In this document: positions 8,056 through 19,584 of the stretch, one piece after another
How positions within the stretch are numbered: the stretch's first letter is position 1
Layout: every line of letters starts with the position of its first letter
Origin: Atractiella rhizophila
Lineage: Eukaryota
NCBI GenBank assembly: GCA_021432655.1
Contig: MU271365.1
Span: 62,001 to 82,021, forward strand
Length of the DNA: 20,021 bases
Reading direction: 5' to 3'
Notes under the pieces: generated by a model
The model's database searches: none
What the model saw: only the letters and a program-made list of their open reading frames with translations
What the model was told of the DNA's origin: nothing
Program-made: the position numbers and the translations under genes

Positions 8056-11000
8056 TTTACAAACGTTCTCTAAGAGGGACGAGGTAAAAAGGGGATTGGG
8101 AGACGGAAACAGGACAGGCTGGAGTTTTAGAGCTCTTAAGAGGGTCAGTAGCTTCGTTCTTGGGAAGTGGCCAGAGGAAGCTAAAAGGAGGCGAGTTATA
8201 AAATGACAAACTAAAGTATGTACACGAAAAAGAGCGATTGAGAGTGAGAGAATAGGGAAGAGGATCGAGTGCAGTTGGATCCGTTGCTGGAGATACCAAT
8301 CGATCGCGAACCAAAGCACTCTCTTCTGGTGGATCTTCCTGTGAAATCATGGCTAGGTAGCTAGTACAACACTTTGAGCTCGTCTGCAGGCGCTGAGCGT
8401 GGCTGAAGGGAATCGATCGTAAAAGCGGGTCAAACACGGATGCTTTTCTTTCTTTCCATCGACCTTGGCTCATTTCCATCAACGGTCGTCCAACCGAGCA
8501 ACTTCAGCACCTCGACTTCCGTTCTTAGGCTGTTCTTTCACCGTCCTCCCTCGCATACCGCCAGAACATGCAGAGCCTTGCTGGAGCCTCAGAAAGATCC
8601 AAAGAACGAGCCAAAATGTGTTCTCAGATGCCAACGCACCCAGATCTGCGGACTCGGTGATAGCAAATGATTGAACTGAACCCTGTTTCACTCGGGAGTC
8701 AACGCGAGATCCACGCGATACACGCGAGTGCCATCATTCGGCCGGACAAGAGGTACAACCACCTTCTATGCTTCTTTGGCTTCTATCATTCATTAATATC
8801 CTTAATCACTGTATCTGCATTCTCACACACTCCGGGAAATGCAAAATGGATGGCTGGCTTGAAACACTGCCCATACAAACTAGCACCATCCAGTTTCTCA
8901 GCTCTTCGCCCTTCTCCAACTCGCACATCTACAAGGCCCAGCGAAAAGGAGCGGCGGAGTGGGTCGTCGTGAAACTAGTGATGGGTCGGGGAAGGAAGCC
9001 ACACGACGTCCTGCGAGAGATAGGCATAATGAAGAGGACAACGGGGCTCATGGGCGGAGAAGACAGAAATGTATGTCTGTACGTCTGTCTCGTTCTCATG
9101 GGAAAGGAACTCGCCTGAAAATGAACTCCTCTTTCTGGCCTCGCAGATCTGTCCGCTCTTGGAAGCCTTCGCTTCATCCCCTCCGACTCCATCTGCGAAC
9201 GCGCTAATCCTCCCCTATTATCCACAAACTCTACACGACGTCCTCCGTCCTTTCCCACTCCCCCTCACAAACTTGAAATCGTACGCTTTCCAACTCCTCT
9301 CAGCCATCGAGTTCCTCCACAGCCTCGAGCCTCCGATAGCTCACAGGGACATCTGTCCGAGTAATTTCTGGATAAAAGACCAAGAAGGGGTGTTAGGAGA
9401 CTTTGGAGTTGCGGTGGAGGTCGAAGGTGAAGGTGAAGGTGAAGGAGGTAGTGGAGGAGCGGAATATGAGAACCAAGTCGGCACTGGGTGCGTTAATTAC
9501 CTTACTCCCGGTTCGGTTATTTGCGCCTCGGGATCACGTCCATGACGAATGACGACTGTTGTTTTTGTTGTTTGGCGGTGGAAAAGACCTTACAGGGCAC
9601 CAGAGCTCTTCTTTGGCTATCGATTTTACGATCCCCTCAAGGCTGACATTTGGAGTTACGGATGCGTGGTAGGGGAGATGATCCTCAGTTTAGGTTTGGG
9701 GATGGAGACGCATTCCCAATCACGTCAAAGGCAACAAGAAGAGGAGCAAGATCGAAAAAGAAACCGGGAGGAGATCGAACCTAGATATTTCTACGAGGAG
9801 CATGAGGTATGTTTTCCTACGTTTCTATCCCTGTTGACACGCTTTTACTCGAAGTATGAAGGACTAACGTTGTGCTTCGCGGTATTGTTGGTGCCGCGGG
9901 AAGGATGAGGAAGACGAGGAGGACGAAGATGCCTACCCTCACTCCCTCTTCGACGCCTCATTCGGAGAACTCGCGCTCATAGCGTCCATATACAAGCTCC
10001 TAGGAACTCCCACCTCAGAATCGTGGCCCGTATGTCTCCCTGTCGTCCTCAAGAAAACGACGCAGAATTTGACGCGTCTCCATTCTTTATAGTCTTCGAG
10101 ACGCTTCCCAGACACAGACAAGATCAAATTCGACACCTTCCCAGCTCGTGATCTGCTCGAATGTTTGGTGGGGAAGGGAGACGAGAGGGAGAGAGAAAAG
10201 TTGGCGGGTGGAGTCGAGGTCGTCAAGCGTTGTTTGGTATTTGAGAGCTCAAGGAGGGTCAGAGCCGACGAGCTCTTGCTTTCGGATTGGTGGACAGAGT
10301 GAGATGTACGTCTCAAAGCAGCACAACAGTGCATGCTTCTGTGTCAAAGAAATAAGTTCGGTTTGTTATTATGGTAATCGTGTTGATCGAGAGCTGTTTC
10401 TCTCTTGCTTGTTAAGTTGTCTTCAGCCATAGCACAAAATATGCAGCGCATGAGGAAACATTCTGTCTGCCTCAGTGCAAAGACATCAACGACATCAGCT
10501 CAAGATGGGGGCACGTTTATTGCCTCAACGGGCAGTAAGTTCACACTCTCAGCATAATTTGGCAACAAAATTCCCAAATTCACCAAAAGAGCAGTATTCA
10601 CATTCTCAAAGATCGAAACCCTCTTCTCCCTTCTCTAGAGAACTTATCCCGAGTTCCCTTCGAACTTGAGTCAGAATTCAAGACAAGAAATGTGATCTCT
10701 CTCTGAGGTTAAGCGAACAGGTCCAGTCTGTGAAGGGAGCAAGGGACTGATGGGAAACAATCAAAGAATCCTGATTACCTACTGACTGAGGGAGGAGAAA
10801 AGAGAAGAAAGAAAGTTTAAACACACAAACAAGTAGAAGAGTAAACAATCTGTCGATTCGCTAGCACAATGAATCCTAAGGCGCAAAGGTGCTCCCGAGT
10901 GGTCTAGATGAAGTCAGGTAATTATTGTTCCGTTATCGCGGCCGCTCTCTCATTGAGAATTGCACCAGACAATCCAGTCTGTCAGACCGCCAATCAATAT

Positions 11001-11999
11001 CTTCCATAATCACGAGTTAGAGCGAGGGTAGACGAAAAGACGTACGAATCCAAGAGCGACCTGATTGACGGCAAACAAGACTCCGCCTTCATAATCGAAA
11101 TCTTCAGCGGGAAGATTTGGCAACCCGGTAGCTGTGGTATTGAGGGAGGTAGTAGCTGAGGCGGTCGAGTTTCCAGAAAAGGTGCTGGTAGCGTTGGTAT
11201 AGTTAGAATAGCTAGAAGACACAGAGCTGCTGCTCGTGGTGGTCGCAACCCACTGGGAAGTTGTGGTAGGATCCGGCTTCCATTGTGAGGACGTTGTGGG
11301 TGTCCACTGGCTCGTTTTTTTGGAAGTTGTCTGCGAATCGTCGCCTCCATCGCCCCCGCTGTCGTCTCCGACCAAGCCCCAGGTCATGTAGAAAACACCC
11401 TTGAAGATAGAAGAGAGTTAATTAAAAGGTAAGCTCGGGAAAGGTGGGGCGGAGTCGGGAACACGGACCATGTCTGGGTTGGCAAAGTGCTTGAAGAGTG
11501 CGGGAGACATGTCTGTGTAACAGGTTTAGATTAGTACGTCTTTTTGCGAGTATAAACACACCCAAAGCGCCCCATGGGCATCCTGAATCACAAACATCAG
11601 CCTGCGGAAGAGAAAAGGAGCTGGAAGCCAACCTGGACAGCAGTCGACAATTTGAGCTTTGGCAGACTTGCCGCCATACTGGATGTTGATATACTTGAAG
11701 CAGTACTTGGAAACCGAGTTAGAGCTTCCATATTGCCCTTGGTTCAAGGCGACTGAAAATTCAACGTCAGTCGCACTGCCCACGAATCACGACAGTTGGA
11801 GACTGACCAACAAAGTCTGAATCGGAATTGTACTCTCCACAAGCACCTAAGCCGACATCGTAGAAGGTAGCACTTTGCACCGGACGAGTTTGAACCCTTT
11901 TTTAAAGGAAAGCAGCTGGGAAAGAAGCGCACCGTCCTGAATCACCCCGCTTCTGGAGTCCATCAGTCGAATTACCCCACGAGTTCAATCTAGCCTCGA
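8018..11999. repeat. Tandem segmental duplication, unit 2 (3982 bp)
   Basis: Direct head-to-tail copy of 4048-8017. Identity ends at ...TAGCCTCGAT (12000), after which the native 5' end of the expansin-like gene continues. Confidence 0.97.
8846..10302 (+). CDS. Csk1/Cak1-like Ser/Thr protein kinase, copy 2 (same predicted protein as copy 1)
   Basis: Same five-exon structure at offset +3976. Only synonymous and intronic differences from copy 1 were found. Confidence 0.85.
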
Positions 12000-12120
12000 T
12001 TAGATCGCCCGACAGCTCCATAGAGCCCTCCAAGTTCCTCGCATGGTGTTTATTCGACCTCTGAATATGATCCTTCCCGAGTGCGAGGGGTAACAGGGCG
12101 AGAAGGACGGCGGGGATCAT
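10922..12120 (-). CDS. Secreted RlpA-like double-psi beta-barrel (expansin/loosenin/barwin-like) protein with Ser/Thr-rich tail
   Basis: Signal peptide MIPAVLLALLPLALG and a propeptide ending LQKR (Kex2-type site). Spliced domain: RATFYDVGLGACGEYNSDSDFVVALNQGQYGSSNSVSKYCFKYINIQYGGKSAKAQIVDCCPGCPWGALDMSPALFKHFANPDMGVFYMTW. Then an S/T-rich linker and last exon TGLSGAILNERAAAITEQ* after intron 11045-10979. Confidence 0.88.
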
Positions 12121-13443
12121 TTTGCAACGCGAGTTTTGAGCTGGGACGGTCTAGTTTGAGGGCGTGGGTAGTAAGGAGAGTGCTGTGAAGGAGGGGGAGG
12201 GGAAAGAGCGTGGGTGTTCGCTGGAAGGGGCGAATGGAAATGAAAGACGCTGGTCGTCCTCTGCTAATTTGAGCCTCCTTTCTCAACCGGCATTCCTTGG
12301 CATCCGGCGGCTACAAAAGTAGATACTGTCACATGATCATCTCCGTGTCCATGGTTCATGTTCATGCTGGTCGCGACCATTGTTTGTCATAGACAAAATC
12401 TGGACATCTAATAACCCTGCTAATAACCCAAGCATTGGTGCTCGAATAGATTACGCTCAGATGAGAGGCAGAGACTCTAGCTAGAGAATGAAAGGAGGTC
12501 ACAAAGTACCACTCATGCCATGAATTAACAGGGCACTTTCAGAACATAAAAATATCAGCCATCTTCTCCAGCTTTGAAAGCTTAGGTTATCATGAAGAAC
12601 TAATGTCTACAGTTAATCCTTTGATGGATTTGAACTGAGAGGCAATTATCTCTTGTGCGCAACTGGTATGATGGGAACGTGAGGGGAGATTCGTCCCCCT
12701 TTTATTTAGGAGTGAGGAACCCGAGAAAGATCTTTATTTCGGAAATCTTGTGTAACCGTCGGTTGCGACATATCCCTTTTGATTGTTGCGCTCAAGTTTG
12801 CGGAGGCCGCCGTTTATTGTATCATCTCCAACCCGAAGAATCGCCAGGATTGGTCGATGCAACAAGCTCGTCGTGCTACCAATCGAACTTTCGGCATAGG
12901 GGATCTTCCTGACGTCTGTAGGGTCAAGACATCTTGACGCATGGTAGCGACGTATCGAATGTGGACCTTCTCCTTACTTCCAGAATCAGGGTCTTTGTGT
13001 TGGCCAGCAGAAGAACTCCGTGTGAATTTGCGAGAGGTGATCGAGAATAATGACGAATTCACAAGCGCAGTTGGGCAATCTAATACAATCCCCTCCAAAG
13101 TAGTATACATCGTTGGCAGACTCGATGGGTTGATCAAGGTAAACGAAAGCTATTGGAATGTGTGGAGCGGTCTCGGTTCTGAAGTGTCGTCAATCAACAC
13201 TGAAAGAAACCATCTTTAAAAAATATAACCTACACAACTTCCATGTTCACATATTTTGCTGTCCATTCACTATTTTTCTCACCGTCAGTCATAAAACAGA
13301 TTCACATAACCATTTACTGAGCGCATTTTAAATGATACCACCATCTCAGAATTTCATAAACGAAGTCATTCTCAGTTTTGAGAATAATCAGACATTTTTG
13401 TACAATTTTCAACGAGGCAGTCAAATACATAACATCCGTCCAT

Positions 13444-15362
13444 CTACACCTGCGGTAGCGTAGCAGCCAATGCTCCTTCACTCTCTGCCGCTCGCGACTC
13501 CGATTTTAAATGTGTCCTCTTATGCCTCGCCAACTGGTCCGATCTGCCAAATTTCTTCTGACAGTTCGGAAATGGACAAACGTACTCTTTCTCCGTCCGA
13601 TGAATCTTCATGTGTTTCGAGAGGTTAGAAGATTCAGCAAAAGAGGTATCGCATTGAGGACACGTGAATGGTTTGTCGCCTGTATGGGTGCGCATGTGGA
13701 TCGTGAGGGCTGAAGCTAGAGCGAAGGATTTGCCACAACCTGGATGGGTGCAGACGAAAGGCTTCTCTTTAGTGTGTGTCCGTTTGTGCTGTTACAATGC
13801 ATTCGTCAGCATGTGGCTTTCTACAACAAACGTTATGGGTTCATACCTGTTGCAATGTCGTGGCTTCAGTGAAAGCTTTTCCACATTCATCGCAAACCTG
13901 TTCCAAAGATGAGAATTTAGGTGAATAGAAGCGAAGAGGACGCACAAAAGGTCTATCTCCGGTATGGCTCTGCAAATGTCGCATGATCTTCTGTCTCTGC
14001 TTGAAAACTCTTCCAATCTCATCCCGTTCGCACCCCTCCCACAAACAGACATACTCCTTCTTCCCACTGCCGATATGCTCTTTCCCCAAATGCTCCATCA
14101 ACAAAGCTGTGGTTCCAAACTCCAATCCACAGGCTGGCCATTTGCAGATGTGCGCACCATCGATGGCGGCGTTTGAATTGGCGACGGAACGACGTGCGCG
14201 CCCTGGAACTCGTAGATAGGCTGCCAAATCTGAGGAGCTATTTGCGTTCGATTTGGATGTTGATGCCGAAGTAGAAGCGGATGTCGGATAGAGACGAGGT
14301 TGGGTAGACGGAAATGGCACAGGAGGAGGGGAGAAAGAGGAGGCAGATGGAGGCAGAGGGACGCTGGATTGATTCGTGGTGGAATCCGGGGAAATGCCTA
14401 TCTGCGGCTCCGTTGGTAAGCTGAATGAAGGGTTTGAGACAAATTGTAGAAGGTCGATCGGGTCCTATCCCACATAAAGTCAGAGATGATTTTGTGGGAA
14501 TGGTAATGTTGCTGAAGGATACCGACCATTTGCAAGTGATCCTGAACGAGATGCTGAAGAAGCAAAGATTTAGGTTTTTCAGTCAATGATTGCTCCTGTC
14601 CTGACATAGTATGGTCAATCTCGAAGAGATCTTCAGGTAACCGATGGCAGTCATCCCATAGACAATAAAGGTCATCACGACTCGTCTCCGTTACAGCATC
14701 CTGCTGATTTTGTTGCTCTAGATGCTGGCTTGACGGCAATTGAATCAGGTCTTCGGTTTTGAGTGGGAGGGGTGGGATACGAGCAGGAGCAGGTTGTAGA
14801 TGCTCGAGATTAACGTGGGAGGCTAAATCATTCATTGTGGTGAATTGGCGATTGCAGAACCCCCAATGGCAGCCGAATGTCCCATCATGTCCATGTCCAT
14901 GACCTGATCCTTGTCCTTCGAAATGATACTGATCTTTATTCGCTGGTGAACCATGCAAGGCATGTACAGGGATGGGAGAGTGTGTGATCGAAGTCTGGTT
15001 ATCCCAATGCTTCTGCGGAAGAAATGGAGGATTTTCGTGAGAATGGGTCGCCGCCGGATCATAGGGGATGTTACAGATCCCACAGATCTCGAGCTAACTC
15101 ACGAACATTAGCTTTTCTTGTAAAAAGACAGATAAGATCTCACAAACTGCCTCATGACCTTTTCGCTATCGTTTTCCGGATTGCCTCTGCCCAATCCGCT
15201 CCCCCCAACTCCTTTTTGTCCATCATCGTCACACTCCGAACACCCGTTTTTATCTTCACCCATGCAGCTTTTACCATCGCAGAACTCTAGAACATCCACA
15301 CGAGTGTCTTGCCTGCAGTTCTGCGAGTCGCAACAAAAGAGTCTTTCTAGCTTTTCAGCCAT
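13444..15362 (-). CDS. ZAP1: Zinc-responsive C2H2 transcription factor, Zap1/ZafA-like (5' end uncertain)
   Basis: Cys/His-rich N-terminus and two internal CxW-type fingers (CHWGFC...HVNLEH; CLWDDC...HLVQDH). The C-terminal tandem array contains CKWPAC...EHIGSGKKEYVCLWEGC...FKQRQKIMRHLQSHTGDRPF, LTIHMRTHTGDKPF, FAESSNLSKH and FGRSDQLARH, signatures of the Zap1/ZafA family. Stop TAG at 13446-13444. Confidence 0.82.
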
Positions 15363-15588
15363 CTTTCCTTCTTTTTCGTCGATTTCGCAACAGTTGGGTA
15401 CCTTCGCGGTCGCACAACCGAATTGCCTTTTACGGCATTAGCCGCTTCATGACACCGCACAAGTAACAGGTACTACCGTAGCCAAGCCTGAGGCTTTATT
15501 GCACTCCTACTTTGTCTAGCATGATACGGATGGACAACATAGCATATAAACAATACTGTGCATAAGGACAGGACTTGGAGCGGCGCTA

Positions 15589-18500
15589 TCATCTGTTACT
15601 GAGAACAGAATCACATCGGGAACAAAGAACTTCTCCTTCACGGCAATCATGTCTCCAACACCGGTGGCATCTCAGAAACCGAGAGGGGTATATCTTGATT
15701 GTGGATCCTTCAGTTCTTGTCAGTAAGCCTTCGCATTGTGCAAGAAGAGTATACCATTGTCACTTTTAGCTAGCTCCCATCTTCTGGAGACTGGTTCTTG
15801 AGAGACCTCTAGTGACACCGAAGAAGTCATCAACAACTGCGCTAAAATACCAACTGTTGCTCCCAGCATGTTAAAGGTGGTCAGAGAGAAGATAGAGTGT
15901 TGACGTGCCATGTTTGGAGAGCACATGTGCTTCCTCGCTTTCAGTCGCCAAAATCTCAACTTCGACCTCGGTTGCATTGACAGCAAGCCTCAAAACCACC
16001 GTTAGACAATGGTCGTGGATAACTGAGTAGCAATCAATCTCACTTCTGTTGCCTCGCTTCTTCTATAAGCGAATGGACTATATGCCGGTAATTCAATAAG
16101 TTGTTCATTTCTCGTTCAGCTAAGACGTTTTCCCAAGCAGCGTTCTAAAGGTCGAGTCAGCGTGGCATGATCAAAATGAATCACTCTTACAGGGCTGTCC
16201 CAATGATGTGAGAACACGGGGAATTGCTTGGAAAGAGTGTCGGTGTCGGGGTCACATTCATGTCCTGCTCGATAGTATCGTACTTCTTCGCATAAGTGAG
16301 GTAGGATTGGAGAGAGCACTTTCAGGAGCGTTTCCAAAAGCTACAGAGAGAGTCCTCAATCACAAGATTTTGTGGGCAAAGGTGGCCTACTTGTGAGAAA
16401 ACGGCTATCACAGTCTGCCGTCGATTGTCGAACACTCCGTTGGAATAAAGAACATCCTTGACAGAGTCGAAGTATAAACCTGAGAGTGTTGAGTTGACGA
16501 AACGGTTGACGTCTTGCACAACTAAAATAATGTCAAGATGGGGGAACATGCCAAGACGGACGGAGGACTTGCACCTTTATTAAAAGCGAAATCATCATAG
16601 TGCTTCAAACATGCCGTTTCAAGCTTCCAAATCTCATGCAGCACGAAACTTTCCATCTGCGTCGGAATTCAGGAACCGCTTTCCCAGCAAAGTTAAACAC
16701 AGGAAAAGAGAAACCTACCAGAGTATGATGCTCGTACTGTAATGGTAAGGGATACGGGGTGACGTATCCAAGCAAGAATCGGAACGTGTTACGGATCTTT
16801 TTCAGGTTCTCGGAAACCTGACCAATGATTGACGGCCCGATGAGCACGTCCCCGGTGTAGTCTACGCTGGCAGCCCAGAGACGGAAGACATCGCGACCAT
16901 AGGCTGGAAGCTGCTTCTTGTTCTGTTAATCTCACCTCAGCTGTATCCCATATTCATTTATGAATATCTCACATCGCCTCCATTTATAACCGTTAGATGG
17001 CTGATGACGTTGCCCAAAGATTTGCTCATCTTTTGACCAGACCCGTCGAGAACGAATCCATGTGTCAGAACCTTACAGTATGGTGATTTACCTTCTGTCG
17101 ACACTGAGGTAAGCAGAGAAGACTGGAACCATCCTCGATGTTGGTCGCTGCCTTCGAGATAAAGATCTGTCAAAGGCAACGCCTCATTCCTTGGCAAGAC
17201 TAGTTCTCGAATTGTGGTCCAAGAGGTTCCACTGTCAAACCAGACGTCCATCGTATCCATCCCCTTTAACCATGTCTGCTCTTGATGCTCCGGAGGCACA
17301 AATTCTTCCACAGGACCAATCCACCAGTAGTCCAATCCTTTCTGCTCAAGGACGGAGATGATGTGTGCTATCGACTGAGATGTGAGAAGCGCCTCGCCCG
17401 TGCTTGCGTTAATAAGAGCGGGAATAGGCACGCCCCATGCCCGTTGACGAGAGATACACCATTCAGTTCGACTCCGGACAAACGACTCAAGTCGAGCTCG
17501 CCCTAGCGGATTTGATTCATCATACTTCTCGACTTGGACGGGAGAGCACGCACCAGACTCGGGAGTAAACTGAACAGTTTCTACAGCAGACAATGCTTGA
17601 TCCTTGATACTTTCTAAGTTTGCAAACCATTGAGGAGTTACACTAAATACCCGTCAGAAAAAAGAAAAAGAAACAATTATGCGAACCGGATCATAACGGG
17701 TTGTTTCGTCCTCCAATCATAGGGATATTTGTGAGTTATTGGCACCTCCGCAATCAACGATTCTTCGCGCAGGTAGTGAGTGATTGATTTCACTCCATCT
17801 CCCATCACAGATTTTCCATTAAGTTCTTCCGCGATATCAGGACGTAAAATTTGTCTTAGAGAATTTGAGAAACGACCCTGGTCAGTCACAGTGGTAAGCA
17901 ATGCTTCGCTCAAGCTATCTTCAGCAATAACCGCGTGACAAATGGACCAGTCCTCGAAGCCATGAGCAGGAGCGGAATGAACAAGACCGGTGCCAGTATC
18001 TGCAGAGACATAAGGACTGGAGATGACCGGGCAAGACCTGGCTCCGTTGGAAAGAGGAGGGCGATAACGGCTGCCGAGAAGGGTGGATCCAGGAAAAGAG
18101 CATTTCAGAGGAAGGGGATCGCAGAATGTAGTGCGAAGTTCGTCAATCCGGGAACTGGCAACTACAAGATATCCCTTGGAAGAATGATGTACCAGAGAGT
18201 ATTCCAAGTCAGGGGAAATAGCCACAGCCTACAAGGTTTCCATCAGATCTCAAGCTTGGTTCTCATGCGACTTTACTGACCATGTTAGCTGGGATAGTCC
18301 ATGGGGTAGTTGTCCAAATGGCTAAAGAGACTTGCCCGTTGAAGTTTTGGAGGCGTTCAGACAGTTCTGGAGATCTTTGTACCACAGGAAAAGCAAGGTA
18401 AACAGAACGAGATTTGTGCGTCTCGTTGTACTCCAATTCTGACTCTGCAAGGGCAGTCATCGAAGATGGAGAATAATAAACCGGCTTCCGTGCTCGAGTT

Positions 18501-19405
18501 ATAAGACCTGCTCAGGAGTAAGTGATTTTCAACTGTTTACGATGTGCATACCTCTATCGATCATCTTCTGAAAGACCTTTAGTTGACTAATCTCGAAATG
18601 ATGATCTGTGCGATCATTTAGCTCTTCACACTGCAGTTGTTGCTTACCGTAAGTTTGATATCGATTATCCCAGTCTACCATTATTCCCAACTCGTTAAAT
18701 TCTGCCAGCTGTAACTGCACATTTTGGCGTGCGTGTTCACGAGCAGCATTCCGGATTTCAATGGCGGAAAGGGCTGAAATATCTTTCTTCGCCTGCAACA
18801 CATTCAAACCAGTTTCGAGAACAATATTACGCATACCTTCTTCATCAACTCCAATACCTTCATTTCGATAGGTAAACCGTGACAATCCCATCCTGGGACA
18901 TAGCTTCCCGGGAATAAGAACAGCTTTTGCAGCATGGAAAGACTAACTGCACACGAAAACCTCTCAGGACTTTATATCTATTGATGATATCTTTAATAAC
19001 TTTGTTGAGACCATGTCCTAGATGGTGTGACACTCAACACTTGTTTTGAAGACGTTGGGAGGTTAAAGCGCACCAGCGTGTAAGTTGCCATTTGCATAGG
19101 GTGGTCCATCATGTAAAATGAAAACTGGCCTTTCCTTTTGGCTCCACTATGAATATGAATAGGGTCAGGTTAAAGGGGCTAGAGGCAAAGGGATAGAAGG
19201 AACAACGGCTTGCCTGCCATTCGTAGAGCGCGTTGCCAATTTGTTTCGACCACAGCTTCTCCCTCCTTACAGCGTCAGCTCGCAGTGGAAAAGGAGTTCT
19301 GGGCAAAAGAATGGTCGAGCTGTATGTTTGTTCACGCCCCATCGAAGATGAGGCATTGCGAACGAGGTGTCCTCGAAGTTCAAAAGGAAGACGGTGGAAG
19401 TTCAT
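15589..19405 (-). CDS. ISM1: Isoleucyl-tRNA synthetase, mitochondrial (bacterial IleRS1-type), multi-exon
   Basis: Arg-rich presequence-like N-terminus ([20 protein letters not shown]). Motifs: [91 protein letters not shown], and C-terminal zinc site CHRCWRH...LCSRC. Stop TGA at 15591-15589. Confidence 0.93.
19147..19213 (-). other. Non-canonical GC-AG first intron of IleRS
   Basis: CAG|GCAAGC...CCTGAC...CATAG|TGG restores [19 protein letters not shown] in frame. The donor matches the consensus apart from +2 C and +6 C. Confidence 0.75.
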
Positions 19406-19584
19406 AGTCACGTTTACTCACCTGTGACTCAGAGGTCAGGATATTCTTCTTCATGTTGCTCCACACAATTGATGGTCAATGGTCAAGGTCACAATGACAG
19501 AGTGTCTACCTGGGTCTACAGTACTCAAGCGCCACTGTATTTCGAGTGAAACATTCTAAAATACAAAGTACAGCAGATTACAAG

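Noticed and set aside
4048..11999. Duplicated units as LTRs or a transposon
   Set aside because: The units are directly adjacent and contain ordinary host genes. I saw no TG...CA ends, terminal inverted repeats, target-site duplication or transposase/RT motifs.
19472..19492. GGTCA x3 repeat containing CAAGGT between TSR1 and IleRS as a zinc-response site
   Set aside because: A 6-bp match is expected by chance, and it lies about 4 kb from ZAP1 in front of a housekeeping gene.
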